Assembly: GCA_013239625.1 (NCBI GenBank)
Contig: MU054323.1
Span: 12,283,694-12,347,693 of the forward strand
Direction of reading: 5' to 3'
DNA: 64,000 nt
Source: Lama guanicoe
Taxonomy: Eukaryota
The notes under the pieces are model-generated. The model had not been told where the DNA came from. It worked only from the letters and a program-made list of their open reading frames with translations, and made no database searches. Shown here piece by piece: positions 12,201 to 25,461 of this stretch. Position 1 is the first letter of the stretch; each line of letters opens with the position of its first letter. Position numbers and translations under genes: made by a program.

Positions 12201-14689
12201 AATAAATTATTTATTTAAATTTTATTTAATTTTAAATACTATTACCTAGAAGTAACCTCCCTCTAAAGTAACAAACACAAAAGAATAGTGAAACATTTTT
12301 AGAAGCCTTTGAGAAATAAGAACTAGAATTACGTCTTTTAATTATGAACACATACATAATAGTATCAAATCATTAGGACTGTGGCCTCGTTTTCTAAAGT
12401 AAGGGTATACATTTATATTGGAGAGACAGGTAGACAGTTAGCGAGATGAGGAAGGAAAAGGAAGTACTCTAGTTTCTTTAAGAGGCATCAAGATAAAGTC
12501 TTACAATGAAAAAATTTTATGGGAAAAAAAGTCACCCTAGCAGTGCTAAGAATCAATGTACTAATAAATAGCTATCTTAATGTTGTGAAACCTACTGAAG
12601 ACCACTAAAGAAACTACTGGCCTAAGTTCAAGAAAAAGAAGTACAAATGGACAAATACGAACAATTTCACCTTCAAAAGAATAAAAGAAAATTAGTTGAA
12701 GTTCAAGGTAAATGAAGTGCCTACTAATAAATTTGGAAGCAAAAGAAGTCACAAAGATGACTACAATGAAATTTTCAGATTCTGTCTGCCAAATCATACA
12801 TAATATGCCAATGTCTACAAGGAAACACTGATCTATATTGAAAGTGGTACAGGAAAAATAACCTAAGATCATATAATGTATATAAAATATGTTTAATATG
12901 GCTATTGTTTTCAGTATGTCATTTAAAAGGTTCACAGTAAGACTTTCAGAATCTACATCTCCTATAAGTAGTTACTTTTTCTCCCCAACTACAATACTTG
13001 GAACACCCAGTTTCTTTTCCTATGTATTTTTCTTTCCTTATGTGGTTTTTCACATAATTGATATTCAAGTGCTACAGATACAAAAATTTTTCAAAAAAAA
13101 AATTAGTAATTTTTCTTTTGCTTTTGGAACCTAAAAACATTTTTCTCTAGCATTTTAATAACTACATTTAATGAGACTTTTCTGCTATCAAAAAAGGATC
13201 AAAACAACACAATTGAAAAAATTAAATCTAAAATTTTATACTTAAATTTAATCTTTTCACTCTATAAAACTTTCCAAATGTGTAATTATTACAATTCAGA
13301 ATTGCTAACATTTTTGTAATACTTGTACAGAAAAGCATCCTACTATATTTTCCTTTGAAAAGATTGCATATAGAAACTAAGATATTAATTCTGAAGTGAA
13401 AGAAATTATTCACAACATAAAATGACATCTTAGAAAAGGAATATACAGTGGGTTATTCACCATTAGGTTATATAAACCAATCAAAAAAACACATTGTATA
13501 AGAGTCTGCCTAACAGTGAGCATACATACATAGATATATGTATAAAATCATACATACATGAGTATATGTACAGAGCTAACCATTCTTATTATTTTAATCC
13601 ATTTATTCTAACTCCCAGAACTGACTTATAACTTGAATTAACAGCATGCTAATAAAAGGACAGAACACTTCGGAGTCATTTAAAAATTCTATATATATAA
13701 ACAGAAATTTTTCAATAAATGGACCTCAAAAATCAAGTCTAAGTCAAATGTTATACCACATATTAAATTCAAGCATATTAATATGAAACAAATAACAAAT
13801 ACTCAGTATTTATTCCAAAATTGAATTCCAAGCTTTTTAAATACAATTTTTAAAGTCAAGCTCTGGTATTTTTGGACATCTAAAGTGAGGTAAATCAGAT
13901 GCAGATTTAGAAGCCAATCTAAAGCTTATTGGTTCTACTTAAGAGTTTTTGAACAAAAATTCTTACTTTCAAAGCCTTAGAATTGAGCAGAAAAGGCAAA
14001 AATTTCATAAAGTATGAGAATAATGCCAACAGGTAAATGTTAACTCTTTCTGCTCTCCCTCAAAGTAAAAACCAAAGTCTATCCTTCCAAGTGATCATTT
14101 ACCTCAAGAAAGACAAATAAAGGTTTAATAAAACCTAACAACATAGTTAGAAGAAAGGCTAAAGAATTATTTAAAGTATGATGTTTATACATAATACGCA
14201 GGATACCATATAATATTATTTAAATGTGTCCATAATTCTAGCGAGGCCCAAAGGATGCTAGTATGTTCAGTAACTTCAGAGTACCAGGTAAACCAAAGTT
14301 TCAGGGAAAACATTTCCTAATGTATTAAAAGCATCAATTCACTGACTTACAAATTCTTAAATTTGCAAAATTAAATGTTGCCCGATTAAAGTTCACAAAT
14401 GATTTAAAGAGCTGAAGAGAAAACAAAGGGAAAGAAGATTAACAGGAAATTTTGTTGTACAACATATCAGGGGCCATAGTAGGCCATAGTAGGCCAGTTC
14501 AAACTCACCTATTTTAGGAATAAAATTATTGGGACTCTTTCCATGTCACTGAAAGGGGAGTCCTAGGGGTGTGTATGGGCAAGTCTATTTTGAAAAAGAT
14601 CCACAGGTGCTTTCAGTTGTAAGGAGGGGGTTGAGGATTACTACAGTAGATAATCTCATCTCTGCCCTGCCTTTGATTACCATCTACGT

Positions 14690-15990
14690 GTTGAGAATTC
14701 CCAATCTTAACTCTCTGAACTCCAAACCCAGTATAGTCAACCCATTAGCAAACTCCCGTTGACGACAGTATCTCAAATGTACGAACTTCTTCCCATCTCC
14801 ACTATTACCACCCCAGTTCAAATTACTATCATCTCTCCCCTCAAAGTCCTGCCAATGCCCACTGTTACTATTCCTGACCCTCTTTTAAAATCTATTCTGT
14901 ACACAAACACCAGAGTGACCTCTCAAATAATGTAAGTTACATCATTTCACTTCCCACTGTATTCAAATAAATGTCTTACCCTGGAACATAAAGCCCTACA
15001 TTATCTGACCCCTGCCTGCTTCTCTTACCACAGATGTATATCACTCTTACCCCTATCTACTATACTCCTACAACACTTGCATTTTTTTCTTTCTTCTAAC
15101 ACACCAGTCTCTTTCCCCTCATGAGGTTTTTGCAATGGCAGTTCATTCTGTCTAGAATGCTCTTCCCTCTGATCTTTATTTGATTTGCTCCTTCTTACAT
15201 TTACATCTCAGTTTAATATTCTTCCTCAGAAAGTCTTTCTCCAATCACTCAGTCTAAAGCAGACTAGAATTATTTACTATTTCAAAAAACCCTTTTATTA
15301 TTTTCTGCACAGCACACATCACTATTAGAAACTAACTTTTATACTATATTCTTCACTTAAAAAAAGAAAAGTGTATCTCCTCCTGTTAGAACAAAATTTC
15401 TATGCAAGCAAGTCGGTTTATTTACTGCCATATCTCTACCAGTGCCTAGGACTATAACTGTATGTTTAAAAATAACTGGTGAAATGAAAATCCAAATGCC
15501 TACCTGGCTGACATTTCCACTTGAACTCCTTTAAGGCAACAGCAAATATAATATGCCCTTAATATGATTTATGATCTCCCTACTTCCTAAAAATCTAGCC
15601 CTATCTTGTGCTTCCAATCTAAGTGAACACAACCAAAAACCAACCAGCAGCCTAAGCCAGATATTTAGAAACCGTCCTTGATACTTTCTCCCCCTCCAAG
15701 TTCAATCGATCACCAAGTCCTGTCATCAATTTGTCTCTAAAATATACTGGATACATCCACTCTGTTCCTCTCTTTGACCATCACCACCCCATCCATTGTC
15801 TAAATTACCATTTCTCATCTGGATCAGCAAACTGGTCTACTCATTTTCCCTCTGGCCTTCCTCCAAACTATTTGCTGCACTGTACCTCTATAATCTACTC
15901 AAATACAATCTGATTTTATCCTTTCTTATTTAATATCCTTTAACCAGCCTGTTCTAGATTCTCTAGCCTCATTTCTCACCACTGCCCCAT
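14690..15990 (+). mobile_element. L2 LINE fragments (two consecutive pieces)
   Basis: 'ccatctccactattaccacccc', 'tctagaatgctcttcc', 'caccaagtcctgtc'. Confidence 0.7.
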
Positions 15991-16157
15991 CCATTCATCC
16001 ACTGATTCAATAAATATGTACACCGAGCACCACTGACAGGCTTACCGTCTAGTCAGGGACGTTATCATCAACAAATCAACAAATAGTAAGTCACATGGTA
16101 GTAAGTACTAAGAAAAAAAAAATAAACTAGGGAAAGTCATAGAATAACTATTCACCA

Positions 16158-16760
16158 CAGGGGTGTAATGGAAAAAACTGTGGGCACATTTCTGAGTTGT
16201 CCCAATAATCAGAAGATACTGTTCAGGGATTTAGTGAGTGGGGTCCAGGGATAGTCCCACACAAAGAACTGTTTTCTTCCCATAACATTTTCACATGTCC
16301 ATGTATGTGAAAAACCTGCTTACAGTTACCTACACCCTAACTCCATTTTACATACAAACACAAAGAAGTTTTGCATGATTTTAATATACAGTAGATTTCC
16401 TGGGAAAAGAACTATCACATAAAGAAAGGGAAGACTGTACTTTGTTTAGTTTACAACTTTACTAATAAAATTGTTCACCATTTTGGAAAATCAAGTTACC
16501 CAGCAATGTAACTTGATGTGATGTGAGTAATAAATGTTAAACAGCTGTTTAAGTTTGTATGCAGCTGTTATGTTAATGACACTATACATAAGCATCAACT
16601 GCTTCATTGTCTCTTCTAATACTTGGTGCCTAGGTATTTACACTATTAAACACATATTAATTTATTATAAATTAGTTTCCTTTTGTTTCTTTCTCAGATT
16701 ACAATCTGTGTATTCATTTAATTCAATTATGTATGTAGGAAGATTATATTCACTAGTTCA
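16158..16760. mobile_element. hAT-Charlie-like DNA transposon remnant inside L2 pieces
   Basis: MER3/MER20-type motifs; flanked by minus-strand L2 fragments. Confidence 0.4.
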
Positions 16761-18385
16761 TTAATTTGAAAAGTATTTTTTGAGCACCTACTTAGATTCC
16801 AATTGCTATTTTAAGCACTTTGGATATATTAGTGAACAAAACAAATATCCTTATGTAAAAAATAAAGTGGAACATCGTAAGGAGGATTGGGAATGCCAAA
16901 AGGGTGGAGTGTAGGATGTAAAATTAAATTGGGTCGTCAGTAGGTCTCACTGGGAATATGAAAACTGAGCAAAGTCATAAAGTGAGACAGTCAAAAATGT
17001 AAAAAAGGACAAAAGCCCTAAGCTAGGCACATCTACGCATTATCAGTAAGGATGCCAGTGTGTCCACGATGCCTCCTAAACCTCTGACATCTCTTGTATT
17101 TCAGTAGCTTCTTTCTAAGTCTGTTCGATAACTAGACTGTAAAATCCATTAAATCAGAGAGCATGTTTTCTCTTCTAGCAGCTTCAACACTTCACATAGT
17201 GCCAGACACACAGTAGACATTCAGTAACCATTTGCCATATGAAGAAAATAAATGATATAGAAACAGAAAAGTTTTCTGAGGCAACTGAGAACTAAACCTC
17301 AGAAAAATAAATTAGAAATAGTAGCCAGAAAAGAATCACCTAACTAGAATGACAACATAATAAAGCTTTAGGAAAAGTCAGTGAATTAAAATCCAAACAA
17401 AATTCCAAAGGTTAAAGTATTAGGCCATAATTGAATTTTAAGTAACAAGACAAATTTAAATATGATAAAATCTCTGAGGTAACTAAATTTGCATTTACTC
17501 CATTTGGCTTTTAATAAAATATATTACTCAACATAATCTACCTATAGTTTCAAATCCAATTCCTTACTTACTAAAACATTGTATCTACTTTAGACTAAAT
17601 ATTCTTGTACTAAAAGATATACATAAGGCTTTTTACACACTAGTAAAGTTGATTTTAACAGATCACAGACTTACAGGCTGATAGAGTTTAAAGACAGTTT
17701 AGAGACCAAGTCTCTCATTTTAGAGATGGCAAACTGACTACAAAATGGAAATGATCTTTTGAAGGTGCTAGATCTAATACTCTGTTTATGAGTAAATGCC
17801 AAAATGATTTCTATGACTTAAATATTAAATATTACTTGGAACATTAAATAATAAATATTAAAACAAGTACTATGACTCCGATACTACCTGAAGGAAAATT
17901 CAACAAGATCAATGGCTACTGTACTCCTGGGCTAGATAAAAATATAATCATATTTTCAAATTCTGTATTTAAAACAAACTCAAGTTCCATTTAAGAAAAA
18001 TCTAAATGGCCAAAAAATAGAATTAGATTATAAAATAAACTAAGAATTTGCTACAGTTGTTTCTGCTTAACAATAAATAACAGCACTAGTACCCTGCTAT
18101 CCCTAAAATTGAGACACTCGCCCAAATAATACCTAAAATCTATATCTAATTATTCAAAGTATAATTAATCAAATAAAATTAAGCTGAAGGAAGTTGCTAC
18201 TAATTGAACAGGGATTATTTTTACAATCAATATTCACATGATTACAAAATTTATTTTGCACATTTAAAGATAGGGAAATAATTATTAGCCCATTGTATAT
18301 TTCAACATATTAAGTCTTGAATCACTAATCTGAAGTTAAAGAAAAAAATCTTACAGCATTAAAACCCCACACCTGAAGGACTTAC

Positions 18386-18462
18386 CATTTTATCTAGATG
18401 TTCAATGGATCTATAAATCTCCCCCTGGGATTCATCATAGTAACTGTAACGGAACCTTTGAC
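18386..18462 (-). CDS. MEMO1: MEMO1 coding exon, 77 nt: [26 protein letters not shown]
   Basis: Acceptor tttcaag, donor ATG|gtaagt. In frame with both neighbouring exons. Confidence 0.96.
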
Positions 18463-21451
18463 CTTGAAACAAATATCATGTACAAAATAAAATAGGGAAA
18501 AATTAGAAGCTAAAAAGAAAGCAAGCGCTTACCAAATAATTTCAGTTCTCATCGAAGGCAAAGCCCAGCTTAAGCCTCTGAGAGAATCATTCCCAAGAGC
18601 CCTTGTACATAAAAATAAAAGGCATATTTGGGAAGGTAGTAAAGAAATGATACAGCACCAGTGTTTTATGATGTTAAAAACTATTTCAAACTGTAAAACC
18701 TTAAAGTCACGAGCAATACAAAACACTAAGGAAACAAAACAGCTTAAAAGTTAGAAGCATTGTTAAACATATTATATCAGTCTATAATGGAAAGTAAACC
18801 CAAAGAATATGATTCAAGAAAATTTGGCCCAAAGAAACTATCTCAATGTAACAAATCAATGAAAGCTTAGCTTTTGCTGCACAAATGCAAAGATTTGATC
18901 TCTATTACCGAAAAAAAGAATGTAGGTCAGAGATATATGCATATGTAGTTTGTGTGATGGTTATGACCTCGACAAAAAAATTTCTGATTTTTGCAAAACT
19001 TTCTACTTGGAAAAGGATCAATGCAAGTTCCTTTAAGTAGGATACACAAAATTGTAAATATAACAAATAGTCCTACTCTGACAATAAAATCTCAACAAGG
19101 AAGGGTATAAGCACATAACATTCAATGTTAGGTATTCTCCAAAGGACAGAAAGGGTTAAATAGAAAAAGTTTAAAAAGAAGGCAGAAAACCAAAGGCTCA
19201 GGTGATAAATTCTGCTTCCTACTATAGTCATATGAAAGGCAGAAGTGAAACATATTCATAATTAATTGCAGATTATTACTCAACTGATTATGTTACATTT
19301 CAGATATATCTAAACCTATTTTCCATCATTACTTTTATGTCCCTTATTTTTAAAGATTCACCGAAATGCAACTGTAAAGGTATTAGAGTAGCCTAATCAT
19401 GTACACACACACACTATGTGCCTTGTGCTTCAGTTTCAGAGCAAAGTTCTCATATCCAATTATTATCCTTGCATCTGAGGAGATGGGTTTCCTTGGCTGG
19501 ATAATTATGATTTTTAAGTTTTCTGTTTATCTTACTAAAAAAGTCTTATAAATAATCAGCCATGCAAAATTATAAAACTCTTTTGATGTCATTTTTCAGA
19601 AAAACCACACATCGCAGTTCTTAACATTTCTTTAACTTGTTGACGTTGATCATCTTTGATGGTCACCTTTCTACAATATGCCATATCCCTTTAACTTTCA
19701 CATATTAACTTTTCACATACATTAACATGTACAACTACTCAATGTGGCAGTTCTTATTTTCCCCTAAGAGCCATTTCTAAATCAATATTGCATCTTACAA
19801 TTCATGATATCCCAAAATCAAGCCATAGGGTTCTGAGACAATTATCTGCATTCTGAATATAACAATCTTTTTTTGTAAACACTGAAGATTACTGCATGTT
19901 GCCATAACTATATAATCCATTACAGTCGTTGCACTAAAAAAATTCTTAAAACACTGACAATTCATCACTCAATGTCCCTACATTAAATAACTCATTAGAC
20001 ATTTCCTTCAAAATTTTGAGTTAGGTATAGCTTTGCTTTTCTTTAAAGAATGTATGTACTTCCTTCTATCTAACAATGAGAACTATATAATTCACCCTAT
20101 TTTTCCTGTTCGCCAGATGGCTGTCAGAAAGCTCAAAGCCAAATCTAAAGTTTGTCACAATAACTTAGTGATTCAACTCAATGGCACTAGATTTCTACTT
20201 CTATTTCAAAGTTCCAAAATCTTTTGTAAAAATGAGTAAACAATTAAAAAACTAATCTTAGACTAGACAATTCTAACTCACTAACACTAGAGTAACAGTA
20301 ATACCCTTGGAAGAAATCAAGACGAATATTCTTTGAACCTAAACTGCTTCAAGTTTATATTAACACATTCTCTTTTTCTTGCTTCTGGCGATAACTGTTA
20401 GTTTTAGTTGTCAATAATCCCTGTGACCTGAACATGATTGTCTTATCTGAAGACTGCTACTCTCAAGTACAAAGAAAATTCATGTACTTTATGATAGACA
20501 TTTGCTACTCAAAAGTCTTTTCTGCTTACTTTCAAGTTCAAAGCTGCTGCTTCAAATAGGTGAAGTTGGTCAAAACTGCCTTAATCATAAGTCAAAAGTA
20601 TAATTATATTTTAAAATGCTGCCTTGTTCATATGAACCATTTTCAACGTAACTTTCACTTCAAAACTACTTCTGAAGTAAGATAGTACACAGAATGTTTA
20701 AAATATATTAAAATACTAAATCAACATGATTTAATAATGATAAAGTACAGAGAATATCAATAAGCAAGTGTTTAATATTTTACTATCTACTTTTTACTAC
20801 TCTTTAGTTGTCACTTGGCATTTAAATGAAGAACTGAGTAGAAATATTTGATAAGCTCTGTAGAATTTATCAGTTAAGAAGCTAAATCCACACTCATGTA
20901 ACTACTAAACTGAAAAAATATCTTACTTATGACAGTTCAAACTGTCTCATGATAATATTTCTAACTATTCGAATATTTCAAAATTACTTGAGTTAATTCA
21001 TTCTGGTTGATATACTTAAAGAAAGCATCTAATCTGAAGTAAAGAGCTGCCATCATCTTAGCCTAAAGGTATATATGTACATCTGAATGAACATACGTGT
21101 GTGCATGCACAAACACACAACTTTAGTTAAACAACACTTTGAATTTGCATTAAAAGCTCTTTTCTTTGTCTCTAATTATTAAAAAATAAAGTTTATCAAG
21201 ATTTTGTTTAATAAGAAATAAAAGAAATGACAACACTAGCACAATATACTGCTCAAAAATGCATCTTTAAATATTGATTTAAAATATATATGGTTTCATG
21301 TACCTCATGAGCAGACATACATTGTTTTACATTATTTCTAACATTCAGTAAAGCTTATGCCTCTAAACTGACAAATACAGTTGCCTATGTACCTGGAGAA
21401 CTGGACTTGCGAACTTTCATAAGTATGAATAAAGCATATCACATAGTAAGA

Positions 21452-21796
21452 GAAAATTACTTACCTGAAACTTATCCTTTCAGAAGGTACACTGGGAAAA
21501 TGGATTCTTTGAGCCCCTGTTTCAACTCCAAGTATGAGCTTTCTAGCTTTAAGAGCCATTGACACTGCCCCTAGGGGCAGCACAAGCTTTGGAACTCCCC
21601 TAGTGAGTATGTCAGTAGTTTCTTCAGGTGCCTTCCCTCAGTTCTTTTCAAATTCAAAAGATGAGAGGAAAAATAACCCAAGAAAAAAATCCTGTAAAGC
21701 AGAAACCTTACTCTTTGAGGGAAGGAAGGTAGCTCATTTGTGAATCCATTCCAGAGCACGCTTTCTGAGAAAAAGAAATACAGGTAAGTAATTTTC
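21452..21796. repeat. 345-bp element with about 55-bp imperfect terminal inverted repeats carrying splice signals; possibly an ancient DIRS-like relic
   Basis: gaaaattacttacctg (21452-21467) is the exact reverse complement of caggtaagtaattttc (21781-21796). Similarity continues inward to tggattc/gaatcca (21501-21507 / 21742-21748). The DIRS origin is inference only. Confidence 0.75.
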
Positions 21797-24700
21797 CCAT
21801 CTCCAAAGGTGACTGGTGATTAATGAGTGGATTCACAGAGTGTGGAGAATAAGCTCCAGGGATGTCTGTTTAACACACAACAATCAACTAATGAGGACAA
21901 ACATAACAATGAATGATACAAGAACCAACACTACTTTTGAAATACCTCAAAACAAAAGGTAAAAAAGTATTAAATACCTCAATGTTAAGCTATACACTAG
22001 ATTGCAGAAATAAACAATGAGTTTAGAAAGTTGTTCTATAAAGCTCTCAAAAAATTAGTCATCAAGACAGACTTTCAGACATATGTCCAGTAAAAACTAT
22101 ACTGTTATACATTTACTTAATCACTTTATATATTAAAACTTTTTCAAACAGTACAGTTAAACCTCATAACAGCCTGTGAGATAAGATTATTAGGCCATTT
22201 TATACTAAGGACCTAAACTGGGGACATTCATAATTAAAATCACTGCCAAAGAAAAAAATGTATTTTATAAAGAAAATACTATCTAAGTAGCATCAAGTAA
22301 GGTAATTTTTATAAGCAAAATACTATAATCCTTTCATTCTGGATTCTTAGTTATAATGCAAAAGTACTGGCTTTCTCTCAAACTTGCAAGAGATCAAAGA
22401 CCTAAATATGTGAAATCAGTATGTACAAATATTTGAGAAGACAAATATGAAAGCTTGAATAAGATACATCTCAGGAATTAGCTAACTGACACTCAAACCA
22501 ATTTAAATATTTAGAAAATAGTAATACCCTCACATCCAAGAGACTAACAGGAGGGAAGAAGCGTATGCATGAATAATCACCTGTTAATATACATAAAACC
22601 AGAAATCTGAATAAAGATATAAACTTCATAAATGGTGAAGGAGAATGCCATTTTTAATAAGTGGCACATATTTATAAAAAAGAAATTATATAAACCTAGA
22701 CAATTGTAAGTTTATAGATAAAAGTACCAAATTACTGAAGTGACTGTAGAATAAACTTTATTCACATTTTAACAAAGTAATATAACTTATCACTAATATT
22801 TACCAAATAAATTTATTGAAATTGATTTGAACTTAAAATCACCATAAAAGGAAAATTAAATAGAAGCATAAATCTGCTTTTAAAGAATCAATTTCTGTCA
22901 GATCCAGTTTCATTTAGAAACTTCTTAGAAGTTAACTGAGAGTTATGTTAATGAAAGGTGTCAATAATTTGAATTTGGAAATATAAAGTTCAGGGAGATC
23001 AAGAAAACACAAATGCTAACAGTCTACATGGAGAAGACCAAAAATGAAACTTAGGAAAATGGAATAAAAATTCTACTAATTAAAAAAACTAAAAAAGGTC
23101 CAAACAAAAATTCTCTTTATGAAGCCATCCTATAGGATGTGGAACTTGGTAAGCACACAAATTATGGGGACATTACTTAACCATGGTAAAAGTGAAATAC
23201 TAAAAGCAAATGTCCTTTCACTTAAGCCACTCTTTCTGATAGTAGCAGGAAAGGTGAAAAGAAGTGTAATCAAATATTACCAGGGGAAACATCATCATAT
23301 TGGGCTGACTAATTATAAAATAAAAGGTAGGAACTGAAATGCAGGAGATGGGGGCAGGGGGTAGGATTCAAATGAAAAGACAGAGAAGGCACAATAGAAT
23401 CTAGGTTCCCAACTCTCCCTTTGCTTGTCTCACCCAAAAAGAAAACTTGAGAGTATTTTAATCTTTCTACTTTTTATCTAATATCTCTTTCAAGTCTAAG
23501 TAAGAGCTAAACGAGATCTTAAAGATAAACATCTTTAAAGCAAAACACCCTTTCAAGGAAAAAAAAAAAAGAAGTCATCTGGTAATGGACATTGGCTAAT
23601 AAATAAGGCTGACAAGGCAAACCCTTTTAATTATACACATATGGGTCTCCCAACTGTCTCTATCACCAATTTTCTCACTTTATTTTTCACAGAAGCTGGA
23701 CATTACATAAAGAGAAATGACCACTAGAAATGAAAAATGTCACCATTACCAGTACTCTACCATATTATTCAATAAAAACAAGAACAAAAAACTCCACTAT
23801 ATATATGAGTAATTTGTCAACCATACCATAATCAATTAAGTGATTTTTCTCCAAAAATCAGCTATTCAGAAATTTGGAATGCGTAAAGAACCTAACTCAA
23901 TGAAACTTTTAAGATCTCTGAGTACTTGAGGAAATGAATCCTGTCTGTGAAATGATTTAGAGTTCAGTGTTATCGTTACTTTGGTGTGGTAAAATCAATC
24001 TTGTACGGCACCTTTGAAAAGAGAAGTATTACCTTTGTGAGAAAAAGCTAGATTTTTGAGATGGAAATACAGAACTCATTAATTTAGGAAAGATGACCAA
24101 TGCCCTTACAGCATGAATTTGAAAATATGAAACTTAATTTCTAAGTAAAGACAGTTTAACCCATAACTAGCCAATGATTCCTATTATTTCAATAGGCATG
24201 TAGAACAGAACATGAAGCTTACTTTACAAGAAAGACAGTTACTATTGTAGAAAGGAGCCTATCAATTTTGGAATAGTGTCCACCTAACACTTTCCACCTA
24301 CTCCCAAACCTCCACCAGATTTCCTAACAAGAATTATTACAGTGCTTTCTATAAGTACAAATAAAGCACTTAATGAGTATTGTTAGTGATAGTGATACTA
24401 AAAAAAAAGAAACTTGGAAAAGTTCTATTACTTAACCAGCAAATGTAAACACAAATATGTTTTAGTCTCTACATGATTCCCATAAGCTAACATTATCAAC
24501 CTTTGGAATCTCCGAGTTCTATCTTGCAATTTAAATTCCAAGATTTTCAAGAAATAAGGAGATCAAACGGCCTAAATTACTTTTTTGAGGATTTAGGTAG
24601 AATATACAACAAAATTTTTTTTCTCTCTCAACATTGTACTTAAATATAGTAGTAGACCAGAATTTGTTTGCTTTCTCATCATCAGTGGGATAAAAGAATG

Positions 24701-25240
24701 AGTCTACATAAAAGAGCAATATTAAAACATTTACTCATGTTTTATATGGATTTATGTTATGGTTGCACATGATGCCAACCTAGAGGGAGAGCCTGGTCGC
24801 TGAAGAACAGTATCAGGGGAACAAACTATTTAAATCATAGACTGATTTAAAATGATTCATAAGAGCCTCAAAAACGAAGAAGATATGGGCACATGCTTCA
24901 AGAATTTTTAATTTCTAAAACATATGGACATACTTCATTATCAGCACAAATTCATACAACTAAGAAAATGAGTCCTTTTTTCAATAACGATACTCTCTAG
25001 TTATATTACTAAACTTCAAAAATCCCAAGAAAAGAACTCTTTTCAAGTATCAACCTACTCTGGTCTAAGTAATATACTTATAACCATAAAAACAAAACAA
25101 AACAAAACAAAACAAACAAACAAGAAGAAAACTTCTGCCAAAGGGAGCAAACAAAATAGCTAATAGAATTTGTTATTAAAGAACCCTGAGAGCCTCTAAG
25201 GAGTTTGGCAAAGCAGCACAGGTACCTGCATACCCTGAAT

Positions 25241-25461
25241 CAGGGCTTCCCAACCTAAGCACCACTGACATTCAGGGCAGGATAATTCTTTGATGTGGGG
25301 GACTGTCCTGTGCATTGCAGGATATTTATTTAACAGCTTTCCTGGACTCTACTCATTAGAAGCCAACATCATCCCCACCTCAGCTGTAATGATCAAAAAT
25401 GTCTCCAGGCATTTTCACATGTCTCCTGAGGGGGTAATCAGCCTCAGCTAAGAAATCAGTG
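25241..25461. mobile_element. MER20 hAT MITE
   Basis: 'cactgacatt...ggataattcttt...ggactgtcctgtgcattgcagga...aaaaatgtctccag'. Confidence 0.85.

Noticed and set aside
12561..13134. 124-aa and 81-aa hydrophobic ORFs
   Set aside because: Their composition reflects AT-rich intron; no domain or splice support.
21457..21467. ACTTACCTG as the start of a U1 snRNA gene or pseudogene
   Set aside because: The following sequence does not match the U1 body; the motif is better explained as an antisense donor site.
24775..24792. CTCF-like ccaacctagagggag
   Set aside because: It mismatches core positions and cannot be supported from sequence alone.
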